Origin: Fonticula alba ATCC 38817
Lineage: Eukaryota > Protista > Nucleariida
Assembly (NCBI GenBank): GCA_000388065.2
Contig: KB932204.1
Strand: one strand, 5' to 3'
DNA: 64,000 nucleotides
Position 1 is the first letter of the stretch; every line of letters starts with the position of its first letter. Made by a program: the position numbers and the translations under genes. The notes beneath the pieces are model-generated. The model ran no database searches and was not told the DNA's origin. It saw only the letters and a list, made by a program, of their open reading frames with translations. Below, piece by piece: positions 1 to 12,763 of this stretch.

Positions 1-1097
1 TGTTCGACTGAGGAATGGTGCCAGAAGCCCAAGTAGTGGCGTCGTCGCCTCCGCCTGCGAGGGGGGGATGCGCGCGTGCGTGTGTTTGTGTGTGTGGACA
101 GCAGGGCCGCTCTTCCCTGCCGGTACCCTGCCGGTTGGCTGCGGATCTCCCCGCGGATCCGGACTGGAACCGACCCCCAAGAGGGGGGGGGGGGGGGGGG
201 AATTTTTCGCCCCCAAAAACTTCCCCCCCCCCCCCCCCCCCCTCAGTGACTGCTGTTGTGTGGTACGAGGACCCTGCCGTTGGCGGGGAAGGGAGGCAGC
301 TCTCGCGTGCGCCCCCNNNNNNNNNNNNNNNNNNNNNNNNNNNNNNNNNNNNNNNNNNNNNNNNNNNNNNNNNNNNNNNNNNNNNNNNNNNNNNNNNNNN
401 NNNNNNNNNNNNNNNNNNNNNNNNNNNNNNNNNNNNNNNNNNNNNNNNNNNNNNNNNNNNNNNNNNNNNNNNNNNNNNNNNNNNNNNNNNNNNNNNNNNN
501 NNNNNNNNNNNNNNNNNNNNNNNNNNNNNNNNNNNNNNNNNNNNNNNNNNNNNNNNNNNNNNNNNNNNNNNNNNNNNNNNNNNNNNNNNNNNNNNNNNNN
601 NNNNNNNNNNNNNNNNNNNNNNNNNNNNNNNNNNNNNNNNNNNNNNNNNNNNNNNNNNNNNNNNNNNNNNNNNNNNNNNNNNNNNNNNNNNNNNNNNNNN
701 NNNNNNNNNNNNNNNNNNNNNNNNNNNNNNNNNNNNNNNNNNNNNNNNNNNNNNNNNNNNNNATCTCTCTGGCGGGGCCAGTTTGCCCATTTGTCAGGAA
801 CCTTCAGGAGGCCTACAACCAGCCGGGGGTGCCCTACCATCAGACACCGGCACCCTCCCTCCCCCTCCTCCCTCCCCCTCCTTCCTCCTCGCTCTCCTCC
901 CCCCCTGTCTCCTATCGCATTTCTCCCCATCCGCCGCTGTCTCTCTGTTGTCCTCCTGCCCGCGCTGCCCTGGTCGCCCGCTGCGCATCGCCTTAACGGC
1001 GCCCCCTCACGCTACTCGGCTTCACCTGCCCCCTATCCCTGTCTTTGCTCCTCTTCTTCCCCCCCCCCCGCTCCCGCCTCCACGAAGCCCGCCTGTC

Positions 1098-4000
1098 ATG
1101 AAGAAGGGTAAGAACACCGCTGTTGCGAGCAAGGCATCCCCGGCCGCCGTCGCTCCGGCCACCATCGATGTTGAGGCCGATGGGGCCAAGCGCACCCGCC
1201 GCACGCGCGCCTCCACTGCGGCCGCGGCCGCCGCTGCCGCCGCCGCCGCTGCCAAGTCCACTGAGGAGTCGACTCCCTCCAAGAAGGCTGCCTCCCTGGT
1301 CAAGGGCACTGCGTCCCAGAGCAAGTCGCCTGCCGCCAAGAAGACTGGCGTTCCGGCCGGCAAGAGGGCCGCCAGCAGGAAGGCTCCCCAGGAGTCGGCT
1401 GATGTGACGATGGTCGATGCCGATGCCGATGCCAGTTCGCCGACCGAGCAGAAGCCTCGCAGGTCCAACCGCAAGGGTCCTCGCGGCTCCAAGGCTGTCC
1501 CGGGCCCTCGCAGCGCCCACGCCCAGCAGCGCCTTCAGCGCCGTCACCAGCTCCAGCAGCAGGCCGTCCTCCCCAGCGGCTTCAAGGTCCCCGGCTTGGC
1601 CAACCCGAAGTTTGCCGACCGGCGCCTTTCGACATTGGAGCGCTTCCAGCGTCTGAGCCGCGTCGTGGTGTCAGCCGTCCCTCGGAAGTCGCTGCAGCGC
1701 GCCGCTGTGGCCGGTGGCGCCCCCGTTGGCCCTCGTGCTACCCAGCGCCGACTTTCGCTGTCTTCCGGCTCTGCAGATGCCACGCGGACCGTCTTCCACC
1801 GGTGCCTCTTCTACCGTCTGCAGCCGTCCGAGATCCGGACCCTCTGCTGGTCGCCGGATGGCCGGACACTCGCTGTCCTCCGTGGTGATGGATCGATCGG
1901 CTTCTGGACCGAGCGTTCGCAGTGGTATTGCGAGAAGGTGCGTTTCCCGCATCTTTCTTCCCCCCCCGTTTGTCCCGATCCTCGTTTGTTTCTCGACCGG
2001 AGCTCCCGTGCCCTTGGGTCTTTTTTTCCTCTCTCTCTCTCTCTGGTCAGCATCCAACTCATGCCCCTCTTCCTTGGCCCCTCCCCGCGGCCCATTCCCC
2101 CGGCCCCATTGGTAGTCCATCAACGGTGGCACCAGTCGCCAGCACAACACCATGGCCTTCTGCCCGTCGGGCCGTTTCTTCACCGGCGCCTTCACCGGCC
2201 AGCTGACCGAGTGGGACCTCCTGACTCTGACGCCAAAGGTGCGAAGCTCCAGTCCCCAGTCCCCAGCCCCCCCCTCCCCCCCTCCCCTTGCCGGTTTCGC
2301 CTGACACATGGGAGGATGGCCCGCTAACCCTTCGACTCCTTCTCCTGGGGGGCTCTCCTCGCAGCGCGTGTCCGACTCCTATGGCGGTCCCATCTGGTCT
2401 CTGGCTGTCAACTCGACCGGCACCGAGCTGGTGGCCGCCTGTGATGATGGCTCGACTCGCCTCTTCGACATTTCGGATGACCGTCTGCAGTACTCGCGCG
2501 CCTTCGAAAGCCAGAACCGTGCGTAGACCCCCCTCCATCCGCCCCGTACTCCGCAAACGCACACCCTTCATCCCTAACCCGAGTTTCCAGACCGTGCCCT
2601 TTCTGTTGCCTGGCATTCCTCCGATAAGGTTGTCGTCGTCGGTACTTCGGCCGGTGTCATCAAGAAGTACAACGCCGTCACTGGGCGCTTGGTGTTCAGC
2701 GCATCGGTTCCCAAGAACAAGGCCGACGTTCGTGTCTGGAGTGTCCACATGCTGACCGATGGCACGATCATTGCTGGTACCTCGACCGGCCACGTCCTGT
2801 TCTTCGACGGCCAGACTGGCATCCTCAACCAGACCATCCAGACCCATGAGGCGGATGTCCTCTCGATTGCTGTGTCCAAGAGTGGCGACACTGCCTACGC
2901 CTCCAGTGTCGATTCCAAGGTGGTCGAGCTGAAGCGCTCCCAGAGCAACTCCTCCCAGAGCATCGACCTGTCGGTGCGTGGCGGGCTTTCTCCAGCCTTG
3001 CTCCCCCCCCCCCCCTCCCCCTTCTCCTTCGCACACGTGCTTTCCACGCTCCGGCTTCTTTGACTGACCGAAATGCAGTTCGAGTGGGTCCACTCTGCCA
3101 GCTCTCGCATCCACTCGCACGATGTCAACGCTCTGGCCCTGCGCCCCCAGGCGGATCTGCTGGCCTCTGGTGGTGTGGACACCCAGATCATCCTGACCAA
3201 TGTGGCCAAGTTCACCACGCAGGACGTCGTGCGGATCTCCCCCTTCGACACCTTCCGCACGCACATTCAGGTGGCTCCGGAGGCGCGCCTGGTCCTCCTG
3301 ACTTACCCGCACAGCGTGGCTGTGCATGCTCTCCGCTCGGGTGCGTGCTCGGCCTTCTCGCACTTGAATGCGTCGTTCCTCCTTCTCGCCCTCTTTGGAT
3401 CTCTTCTTGCATCCACGCCACGCGCTCCATCGGCCCTAATATCCTCTTCCTCTGCCCGCCTCGGTGCTCGTAGCCGACGATGCGGGCCAGGTTGTCCGCA
3501 CTTCTGCCAAGGAGGATTTCGAGGAGGAGAAGCTGATCGAGATTTCGCTGAAGGTGCGTACACTTGCTCGGCCGTCGGGGGGGGGGGGGGGGCGCTTCAC
3601 TTTAGCCTGTCGGTCTCTGACACGCCTGTTTTCCCCATCGCAGCGTCACTTGATGATCCAGTCGGCTGCCATTTCGGCCAATGGCAAGCTGATCGCCATC
3701 GCCGATGGCGGCAAGCTCCGTCTGTACTCCCTCGGCGAGTCGGTGCGCATCGCTTTTTACCTTTCTCTTTTGCTGCGACTTTTCCGCGATCTTCTGACCC
3801 CCTTTATCATGCTTCCTTTCTCCCTTTCTCCCTTTCTCCCTCTCTTCTCCCTCCCTCTCTTCTCCCTCCCTCTCTCCCTCTCTTCTCTCTCCCTCTCTTC
3901 TCTCTCCCTCTCTCCCTCTCCCCCTCTCTCCCTCTCTCCCTCTCTCCCTCTCTCCCTCTCCCCCTCCTTCTCTCGCTCCGTCACTCTTTGTCTTCTTCCA

Positions 4001-5538
4001 CGTTTCGGTGGCTCGGCGACTGGGGCAGACTCATCACCGGCTGTCGGCGGCGCCGCTGACTCTCAACCTGCCTGCTGAGATGCACGCCGTCACGCGGGTG
4101 CACTTCACCGCGCATGAGACCCCTTATCTGGTTGCCACCTCGGCTGATCGGGTGTTCTCCTTCAGCATCCAGGAGGATCGCCTGCTGGGGTCGGCCCGCC
4201 TGAGCGCGCTGGCCCCGGCCGCTGTCGGGTCGGTCCCGCAGGGCACCATCCACACGGTGACCAGCTCGCCGACTGGGCATCTCGTGGCTGTCGGTGATTT
4301 GGCCAACAACATCCATGTCTTCCAGACGACCACTCTGCAGCATCGGGCCACGCTGCCGGTCTTTGAGAGCCTACATACGGCCACCGGCTTCACGGCCGAT
4401 GGCAACCACCTGGTGGTGGCTACGGCTACGGTGACTGTTTACATTTTCGAGATCGGCACCTCGCAGCTGACACACTGGTCTCGGTACGCACATGCATGCA
4501 CATGTGACATGCTGTTGTCTCCTCTCTGGCGCCCCCCCCCCCCCACACACTCACACTCACACTCACACTCACACTCACACAAACTCTTTGCCCCCTGGCC
4601 CTCCCTCCCTTCTCTCCCCCCTGTCTTTCAGACTCAACTCTGTCCGTCTCGGTGGTCCCTTCCTCAAGCGCGAGAACCTGGTCCGGTCGATTTTGATCGA
4701 TCCAAAGCGCCCGCAGACCGTGGTCCTGGCGTCGCTCTTCAACCTGTGGCGCTTCTCCCCGCGGGGGTCGGTCCGGTCGAAGCTGTCGCGCACGACGCCG
4801 GCCGCCGCGGTGACGGCCAGCGCCCCTGGCTCCGATGCTCCCGCCTCGCCGCTGAATGTGTCCAATCTGCATGAGCTCCAGCAGGCGCTGGTCTTCACAC
4901 TGACCATGCAATCGTTTGATGCCGATGAGAAGGTGGCTGTGGCCGAGGCGCAGCTTCAGCAGGCCACTGAGGCTGCTGGGGAGTTGGCCACCCGTCTGGC
5001 TGCCCTGCAGGGGGATCCCGATGTCCCGAAGTCCCGAGTGCAGGAGGTCCAGGCTGAGCTGGATGTCTTGCAGCAGAAGATCGCCAGCCAGAGCGAGCGC
5101 CTGCAGGGGCTGACCCTGATCGCTCAGGAGGCCCTCAAGGCCAAGAATGTGGCCCTGGGTCAGGCGAAGCATGATCAGTGGCTGCACCAGCGCCAGCATA
5201 ACTCGCCGAACAACATGCCCGGCAAGCGCCAGCGCGGGACCAATGGCTCGGCCTCCCTGACGTCCGGGCTGTCCCCCTCGCTGCAGGCGTACCTGACGGC
5301 CATGCCGCCGGATGCCCTGCGCACGCAGCTGGATTCGCTGTTGGCTTCGGTGTTCAGCAATCCGGTCGGCTGCATGGAGCGCAAGTCCCCGCTCCTGGGG
5401 GCGTGCTTCCTTCCGAGCACCGGCGCCAGCGGCCCCGTGGCCGAGGCATCGGAAATGGTCCTGGTCGAGCGCTCTGGTCTGGCGGTCAAGCTGGCCTTGC
5501 CTGGTGCCCTGACGCGCAAGCGCTTCGGTCGCAAGTAG
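1098..5538 (+). CDS. UTP4: U3 snoRNP protein UTP4/Cirhin (WD40 beta-propeller, t-UTP/UTPA complex), multi-exon
   Basis: ATG at 1098 in a codon-biased exon. First WD blade reads FHRCLFYRLQPSEIRTLCWSPDG. Later exons give DSYGGPIWSLAVN, QTHEADVLSIAVS and RIHSHDVNALAL...LASGGVDTQI. The C-terminus VERSGLAVKLALPGALTRKRFGRK* matches the UTP4 VERP..LPP..K.FG ending. GT-AG introns, e.g. donor at 1938. Confidence 0.88.
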
Positions 5539-5753
5539 GACCGCCTCACCGCCGTTGTACAAAAAGGGTACCAGGAAGCTGGCGAGAGAGCGAGAGAGAG
5601 AGAGAGAGAGGAAGGGAGGGGGGGGGGGCGGACTAAGATTCCCCCCTTTGTTGATGTTCATGTCCCCAATGTCCTCCTGTCCCTCCCTCCCGGCTGCCCG
5701 TGTCACAGTGCTCCGGCGTGCGTGTGTGGGTGTGCGCGTGTCACAGGGAGTCC

Positions 5754-5807
5754 CTCCCTCTTGGGATCTTGTATCCGCCCCTCCCTCTTGGGATCTTGTA
5801 TCCGCCC
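5754..5807. repeat. 27-bp perfect tandem repeat x2 (ctccctcttgggatcttgtatccgccc) downstream of UTP4
   Basis: Two identical adjacent units at 5754-5780 and 5781-5807. Confidence 0.9.
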
Positions 5808-6222
5808 CTCCCCCTTCCCCTGTCACTCCTGTGCCTCTCCATTTCCCCCCTCGTGGGCGCGCATGTCTCCTCTCCCTTCCACCCTGTGGCCGATTTGCCC
5901 GTTGTGGCATGCCTCTTCCCCGTCCCCTTCTCTCGTCCATCCTTCCTGTAGACACCCCCGGCCCCGGATGGGCCCCTCATAAAATACATTTATATATTAG
6001 ATTATCCCCTCCTTTCGTCGGGAATTTGCCTTTGACAACTTTATCTTCATGGAAGAGGCTGGATCGGAGACCGCGCTGGCAGCCACGCGTTTATGTGTAG
6101 GATTGCGTGGGGGGAGGGCTCCGGGGAGGGGGAGGGGGGGGGGAGGGGCGCCATGGTCGGCCAAGAGGGTGTGTCAAAGGGAGGCAAGTCGAAAGGACGA
6201 TGGAATGCGCAGAGCTGGCCAG

Positions 6223-6616
6223 TTATGCATTGTGTGGCGGTGGCACAGGTAGGTCGCGGAAGGTCGATGTCGGAGGCCCGGCATCCTGGCCCGCGGGCGG
6301 GGCCCCCGCCCCCGGGCCTGAGGGGTGGAGTTGGTGAGAGTGCTGGTGATGCGGCGTGCCCGCCGACTGCTGATAGGAATGCTGAGGCACTGGCTCCGAC
6401 GGAGCAGGGTAGAGGCTGTGTTGGTCAATGAAGGCCTCCCGGCGGGGCTCCGGCGCCCCGGGGAAGGGCCCGGAGGCCGAATGGGAAGGCTGATGTTGGG
6501 ATGAAGACGCGGGTGGCGGTTGATAGGCATAGGGGTTGGTCGTCGGGCCTGGAGCAGTAGAGGTGGCGCCAGCGCCGGTCGAAGGTGCTTGCTGATGCTG
6601 CTGCTGTTGTTGGTGT

Positions 6617-6648
<32 letters not shown>

Positions 6649-9600
6649 GTGGTGGTGGTGTGGTTGTTGCTGCTGCTGGTGGTGGAACAGTGGCTGGGAG
6701 ACAGGCGCCGATGCCCAGCTTGGAGGCTGGGCTTGAGCGGCGGCCGGGTAGAGGGCAGCCGGCTGGGTAGGTGGCGGGGCCCATGAGAGGTAGGCGGTGG
6801 TCGGTTGGCCGCCCGGTGCCGTGTGAGGCATGGCCACCGGCAGGAAGGACGGTGCAACAAAAGATCCAGCAGCGAGACCGTGCGGGTAGACGACCGTCTG
6901 CGGTGGCTGCTGATATGTCTGGGGGTATTGTGGCTGCTGTGAGTGCTGCGGGGGTGGCCCCGAGGACGAGGGACCGGTGGCGGTGAAAGTGCCTGATTGG
7001 GGCATTTCGGAGGCCGTGGTCAGATAGGTGGCCGATGGTCCAGCGTGAGCGGTGGCCGAAATGGCAGCCGCATGCTCTTTGATGGCAGCCACCTCCTGGT
7101 GGAGCTTCAGCTGCGTCTTACGTAGCCGACGGCGAGTGAGCTCCAGCTCCCGACGGAGCTGTTCGTTGACGGTCTCCAAATGCTGAACATGGCCCACAGG
7201 GATTAGTACCTGATCGAGAGAGAGAGAGAGAGAGAGAAGGCAGGCGCAAGCGGCGGTGAAGAAAGAAGCCCGGGGTAAACGCACATGAACCTCGACGCGA
7301 GATTGCTGCAGAGCCTGCTCGACGGCGGCGGCCACCGCGCCAGCATGGCGCTCCTTGTCATTGTTGATCACCGCCGAGGCGACCAATTCCACCCGCGCAG
7401 CACGAACTACTTGCATTTCCAGGCCGGCAATCTGGCGGCGCATTTCGGCCACGCGTGACTCGAGGGCCAAGTTCGCCTGGGTCAGTTGGGTGAGACGCTC
7501 ATCGCGCGCGGCCTCGGAGAGATGTGCATGGGCGGGATCCCCCCCGGGAATGAGAGCCCGGCCGCCCCGAGGCGCCAAGGCACCAGGCCCGGCTAACCCC
7601 TGGCGTAGGGTGTCGCACAAATCAACCTGCACACGCAAGCGCTTGTTCAGGTCACTGGCGCGCGCGCGCGCGTGTGTGTATGTGTGTGTGTGTGGTGCAT
7701 GTATGCACGGAAGAGGGGGAGGAGGCGGAATGTTGGTTAGGCGCCGCACCGGCAGGGATAGGGGAAGGGACGCTAGACACGCACGCTATTTCGTGCCGCA
7801 TGCCGGCACACTCCTGCATGGCCGCATGGCGCTCATGGTCTAGATAGGCGTATGCCTGCTGCCAAGCGGCACGTTCCTGTTCCCAGGCCTGGCGACCAGC
7901 ACGCAGGGTCTCCAATTCGGCGCGCTCGGAGAGCGAGCGCTCCAAATGGCTCCGGGCCAGTCGAATGATCCCGGCCGCGAAGAGGGTAAGCTCATGCGGC
8001 GGGAACTTGTACAGCTCCGAGGGGTTAAAGCTCATCAGGAAGGAGTCCGACACGCGGGAATCCACCAGGTGGTGGTGGTGCTGGGCCGAGGGGTCCAAGT
8101 GATCCGGCTGATAGTAGGGCTGCTGCTGGGCCGGGGGACGCTGACTTGCGGCACCGGCTTGCGGATCGGGCGACACCTGCCGGCCGACTGAGGACACGGC
8201 ACTGGCCAGGGTGGCGACATTGCTACCGGCCAGCGCCGCCAGCTGGGCCACCTGCTCCTCCAGACACATGCCCGGGCTGGAGGGCATCGCCTGTTGAGGG
8301 GCCACAGGCTGGGCATCGGCCTGCCGGGGGCCAGCCTGCCCGGCTGGCTGCTGCGAGGGGGGCAGAGAGGTGGTTGGGAGATCGGTCGGCTGGGTGGCAT
8401 TGTCGAACATCGACAAAACCCGCCGAGCCTGGGCCTCGAGCGCGTGCCAAGAGGGGTCATCCTCCAGAAGGCTCGACCGTTGTGACGAAGACCGGGAGAG
8501 ATCTTGAACATGGAGGCCGGACGTGCTGCCATGAACGTTACTGCTGCTGCTGCTGTTGTTGCTGCTGTTCCTTGGGTTGGCATTGGCCGAGCGCCCGGTG
8601 TCGCTGCCGCCGCCGCCGCCGTCGCCGCCGCCGCCGCGGCCCCCGCTGTCGACTCGCCCGCTGTTGACGTTGTGCCGGGCCGCTGGTAGAGCAAGGCCCG
8701 AGGCCGAGGGTGATTTCGCCGCCCGCGGCGAGTCAGAGTCGCTGGTAGAGCGCGATGCCTCTGACGAGCTGGGCGGCGTCAAGTCACCAGGCCGCCCGGT
8801 GGCCAGCGGAGACCGGACTCCTCGGGGTGAGCCGGGATGCGAGGTCGCATGGGCAGGCTTGGAGCCGGCCGACGCTCCGGCGGCGCTGCCACGCGATGCC
8901 TCCAGCGCCAAGCGCCGAGCCTCCGGGCTGGAAAAGGGATCCAGCCCCACAGCATGGAGTCCGGCCAGGTCGCGCAGTTCGCTGACCAACCGATCTAAAG
9001 ATGACATGTCGCTATGGCGCTTGATAGCCAAGCGGGAAAGCTGGATTCACCCAAAGAGAGTGGGGTCAGGAGGCTGCCGGTGGTCAAAGGGAAAGGGGTG
9101 CCGGAGGCAACGTACAGCCTGTGCCTGGGTGGATGGCCGGAGGGTGGCCCCAAGACTCGGAGGCGTGCCCGGGACCGCAGCAGCGGACAAGGCGCAGGCG
9201 GAGGACGATGCATCCGGCGGGGCCACCTCGAAGAGGCCAGCCAGTCGGTCGGAATGCCCTTTGAGGCCGGCACTCCGGGTCGGGTCCAGGGGGTCCCGGC
9301 CGCCAGCGCCCATCGAATGGGTCGCCGGCAGGGTGCTGACATTGCCACGCCGGGCCGACAACTCAAGAAGGGTCCTCAGGAGGTCACTGTCGGCAGCCGA
9401 CGGGGTCGTCTCAGCTCCAAGCGTCGAAGTGGCGAGGTTGTTGCCGTTGACGGAGGCAGACGAGCCAGGGGGCTTGCCAGTGCTGTGAGTGCCGCCAGCA
9501 CCGTCAGTGGCGCCAGTGTTGCCAGTGCCACCGGCCTGGGCCTTGCGACTGTGGGCAGGGTGCTCTGCAGATTGGAGGGGGTCTTGTTTGCCCTCCAGCT

Positions 9601-9721
9601 CATCTTCCGGCAGGATGTCGTCGATGTCCCGCAAAACTTGGGACATGGTCAGCCGGCCGATCCCCGGCAGGAGCGACTCCAGGAGATCCTCGTCAAGGAG
9701 GTCTTCCGCAAGTTGCTGCGC

Positions 9722-9767
<46 letters not shown>

Positions 9768-11347
9768 GACCGCTGCGATGGTTGTTGGTTCTGCCACGAT
9801 TTGGTTTTGGGCGCCATCGTGTCAAATGGGACGGCACTTGGCACGCGCCCGGACGGGACTCGAGTACCAGGGTCGAGGGTGCCGGGCCCGCTAAAGAGGC
9901 TGGCCGGAAGGAGTGTGCCCGGCGTGGGGGAAAACTCGAAGGGAGTCTCGGCCGGAAGCATTGGCACAAAGGTGGGAAGGGATGGGGGCGACGCAAAGCT
10001 GCCCGGGGCGCTGGGGTTTGGGGCCGTGTCGGTCGGAGTCCAACGTTCGGTGGTGGTGGTGGTGGTGGTGGTGGCGGCGGCGGTGGCGGCGGTGGTGGTG
10101 GCCGATCGAGTCGGATGCGCATCCACTAGGGATCTCGCCTGTGGAGAGAAGGGAGCCGAGGCCGCGGCCGAGGATGCCGGCGAGGGGGAGGTCGAGGGCG
10201 ATGAGTGGGCCGAAGGAGCGGCGGCGCGAAAGACAGCCGCATGGGCGGGTGGCTCGATGCCGGCGGTTGGGCCAGCCGCCATCCCAGGCGAGTAGGCCCC
10301 TCGAGTGAGAAGAGAGGAGAAGGGCCCGGAAGTGGAGAGGGGCTGCTCGCCCAGCGGCGGCCGGGGCTTCAGCTCCAATGGAATGCCCCCTGGGGAGGGG
10401 ACAGAGCTGGAGGTCCACTCGGCCAGATAGCCCGCATGAAGGGGATCTTCCGGGTGGGCAGCTGCCGGGAGCTTGGATGGCGGTGTGGCCGAGCCAGCGG
10501 CCGCGACGGTGACCGCGCTCAATCCATCTGGGCTGCCTGACGCCCGAGAGGACGACAGCTCCCGGTATCGGGCCAGGAAATCTTCCAGAGCCGGAGCCCC
10601 GGCGGCAATCGGAGTGCTGGTAGAGGCGATGGCGAATGGGGTGCCGGTAGAGACGGCGCCGGTCGGGGCGCCCGCGCCAAGACCACTGGGCGAGAGGCCA
10701 GCTGGAGACCGAGGAAGCGGGAGTGTGGCAGCCGAGCTGCTGGCCATTGGAGCGGCCTCCCCCCATGCGGGCGCAGAGAAAAGCCCCCCCGAGGAAGAGG
10801 ATGACGAGGAGGCAACGCCAGAAACAACGCCCGCGGGCTTCAAGCACGCAGGCGGGTGTGGCGGATGAATGTGAGGTCGGGTCCAGAGAAAGGAAGAGCT
10901 GTGTGTGTGTGTGTGTGTGCGTGTGTATCGATGAATTCGTTGCATACCGAGGGTGTGGACGGATACAGGGAGGGCTTCGCGGTTGAAGCCCCACGAGAGG
11001 CACTGTATGTGGCCGAGAAGACTGGCCGGACATCCACGGTGGCCGCGCCGGGCGCAGGCCGGCGGTCATCAACATCCGAGTCGGAACTCACATCCTGGAT
11101 GGAAAAGATATCAGCCGGAGACTGGCCAGGCTGGGACGCGTATGTGCCAATGGGAGCAGGCACATGCGCAGGCGCGCGTGTAAATAGAGGGACAGCCGAG
11201 GAGCGAGAGGGTGGATGCGTGTGCATTCATATGCCCCCCCGAGAGCAAGTGCGTGCTGCGAGGCGCTTGGCGCGAACGCACCTTGTGGGCCGGGGACAAG
11301 TAGAAGGCCGGGCCGCTGCCAACAATCGGCGATGGCGTGGAAGACAT
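6223..11347 (-). CDS. Large low-complexity protein with coiled-coil segments and poly-Q/His tracts, multi-exon, function unknown
   Basis: Probable first exon MSSTPSPIVGSGPAFYLSPAHK followed by a gtgcgt donor. Codon-biased exons lie within ORFs 10840-11226, 9047-10945, 7652-9031 and 6223-7749. Heptad-like stretches include RSHLERSLSERAELETLRAGRQAWEQE, RDERLTQLTQANLALESRVAEMRRQIAGLE and HLETVNEQLRRELELTRRRLRKTQLKL. CAG-type repeats lie near 6590-6675 and 9720-9762. Confidence 0.65.
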
Positions 11348-12763
11348 CTTCCCCAGTGGGGGATTGCGCGCACGCGTGTGTGTGTGTGTGTGTGTCTAGC
11401 TGGGTGTGTGCGTGGGTGTGGTGTGCGTGGGGGAAGGGGGGGAGGGGAGCTAAGGGGCGAGCAGGGAACAAGGACCGCGCCAGTGCATGCCACCTGGGGG
11501 TGAGAGGCAAAGGAAGGGAGTGCCAAGAAGGCCGAAAGGGCAAATGACCAGCAGGCAGAGGAGAGGACCAAGATGGGAGGAGATATATGGGGGGGGGGGA
11601 GGGAAAGAGGAGGAGTGTGAATCGCCCCGCGCTCGTGGCCACCCGGAAAAAGGCGCCGAAAAAGTGCACAGGGACATGCCGATCGCCGATCTGCACACGG
11701 GTNNNNNNNNNNNNNNNNNNNNNNNNNNNNNNNNNNNNNNNNNNNNNNNNNNNTGGTTTTTGCAGCGGAGGCTCTTGCCCGGTGTTTTTTTTTTTTCCCC
11801 CCCCCCCCCCCCCCCCCCCCCCGCCACTCCGACAACCAAGTTCAAGCGCAGGGACCGGGAGGGCTTTGGCCCCCAGTCGACGCTCGCCGCTGGGGTCGGC
11901 GCGTCGGCCAGGGAGCACCATCTTGTTGCCTGGCCGATTGCTCAAGGCCAGGCCCATTTTTGTTGAGCAAGTGTTAATTTGTCCTCGGCCCCCGCACTCC
12001 CACAGCTGGGATGTCCGTTGCACTGCCGAACGCGCCCAGTCGTTTGCATGTGGGCGCGCACGCACCCGAGCAACTTTGCTGCGCAGCCGGCACGCGAGAC
12101 GAGCGCCGGTGGGCGCATGTGGGGCGAGCCGAGGGAGGGGGCGGCGGGCGCGGATGAGGAGTCACCGAAGAAGGAAGACAAGCCGCCGCGCCAGGCAGAA
12201 CCATTTGACACCCTCAATCCTTAGACGTTAGCCTGTCGGTCATGTGATGTTCGTTGGCAGCATCGGGTGCTCCATGATTGGTCCAAAACATGGCACGAGA
12301 AGAGAGAGGCGGAGGGAGAGGAAGAGGGAGAGAGAGAGAGAGAGAGCAGCCCCAGCCGCGAAGGAGGCAAGGCGGGGGGACCCAGGAAGGAGACAGACAC
12401 ACGCGGGGGGGGGGGGGGGGGGTCAAAATGCGGACGCATATATTTAGGGGAGGAGATACGGCACACCGGGGGAGGAAGAGGAGAGCCGGCCGACCGCAGT
12501 CCGGGAAAGGGGATCGTTTTTTTTTTGGCAACAAGGACAGATGTGGGAGGGTGATGAGGAAAGGTCTAGCGCAGGGAAGAGGGGCGGGCAGGCCTGCGGG
12601 CAGCTCTACTTGCTTGCCGAGAGGCCCAGCCGCCGGCATGACGCTGTAATGTGTGGGTGGGTGGGTGGGCGGGTGTGTACGGGAGGGAAAAAGAGACAGG
12701 AGGGGGAAAGGAGGAGCCCTGCCGGGCACCGGCGGGAGCGTGGAGGCAACGCCGGGAGCACTC

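Noticed and set aside
15-1097. 5' part of the 770-aa ORF 15..2327 and other ORFs spanning N runs
   Set aside because: These ORFs are open only because N gaps hide stop codons. The real UTP4 coding sequence starts at 1098.
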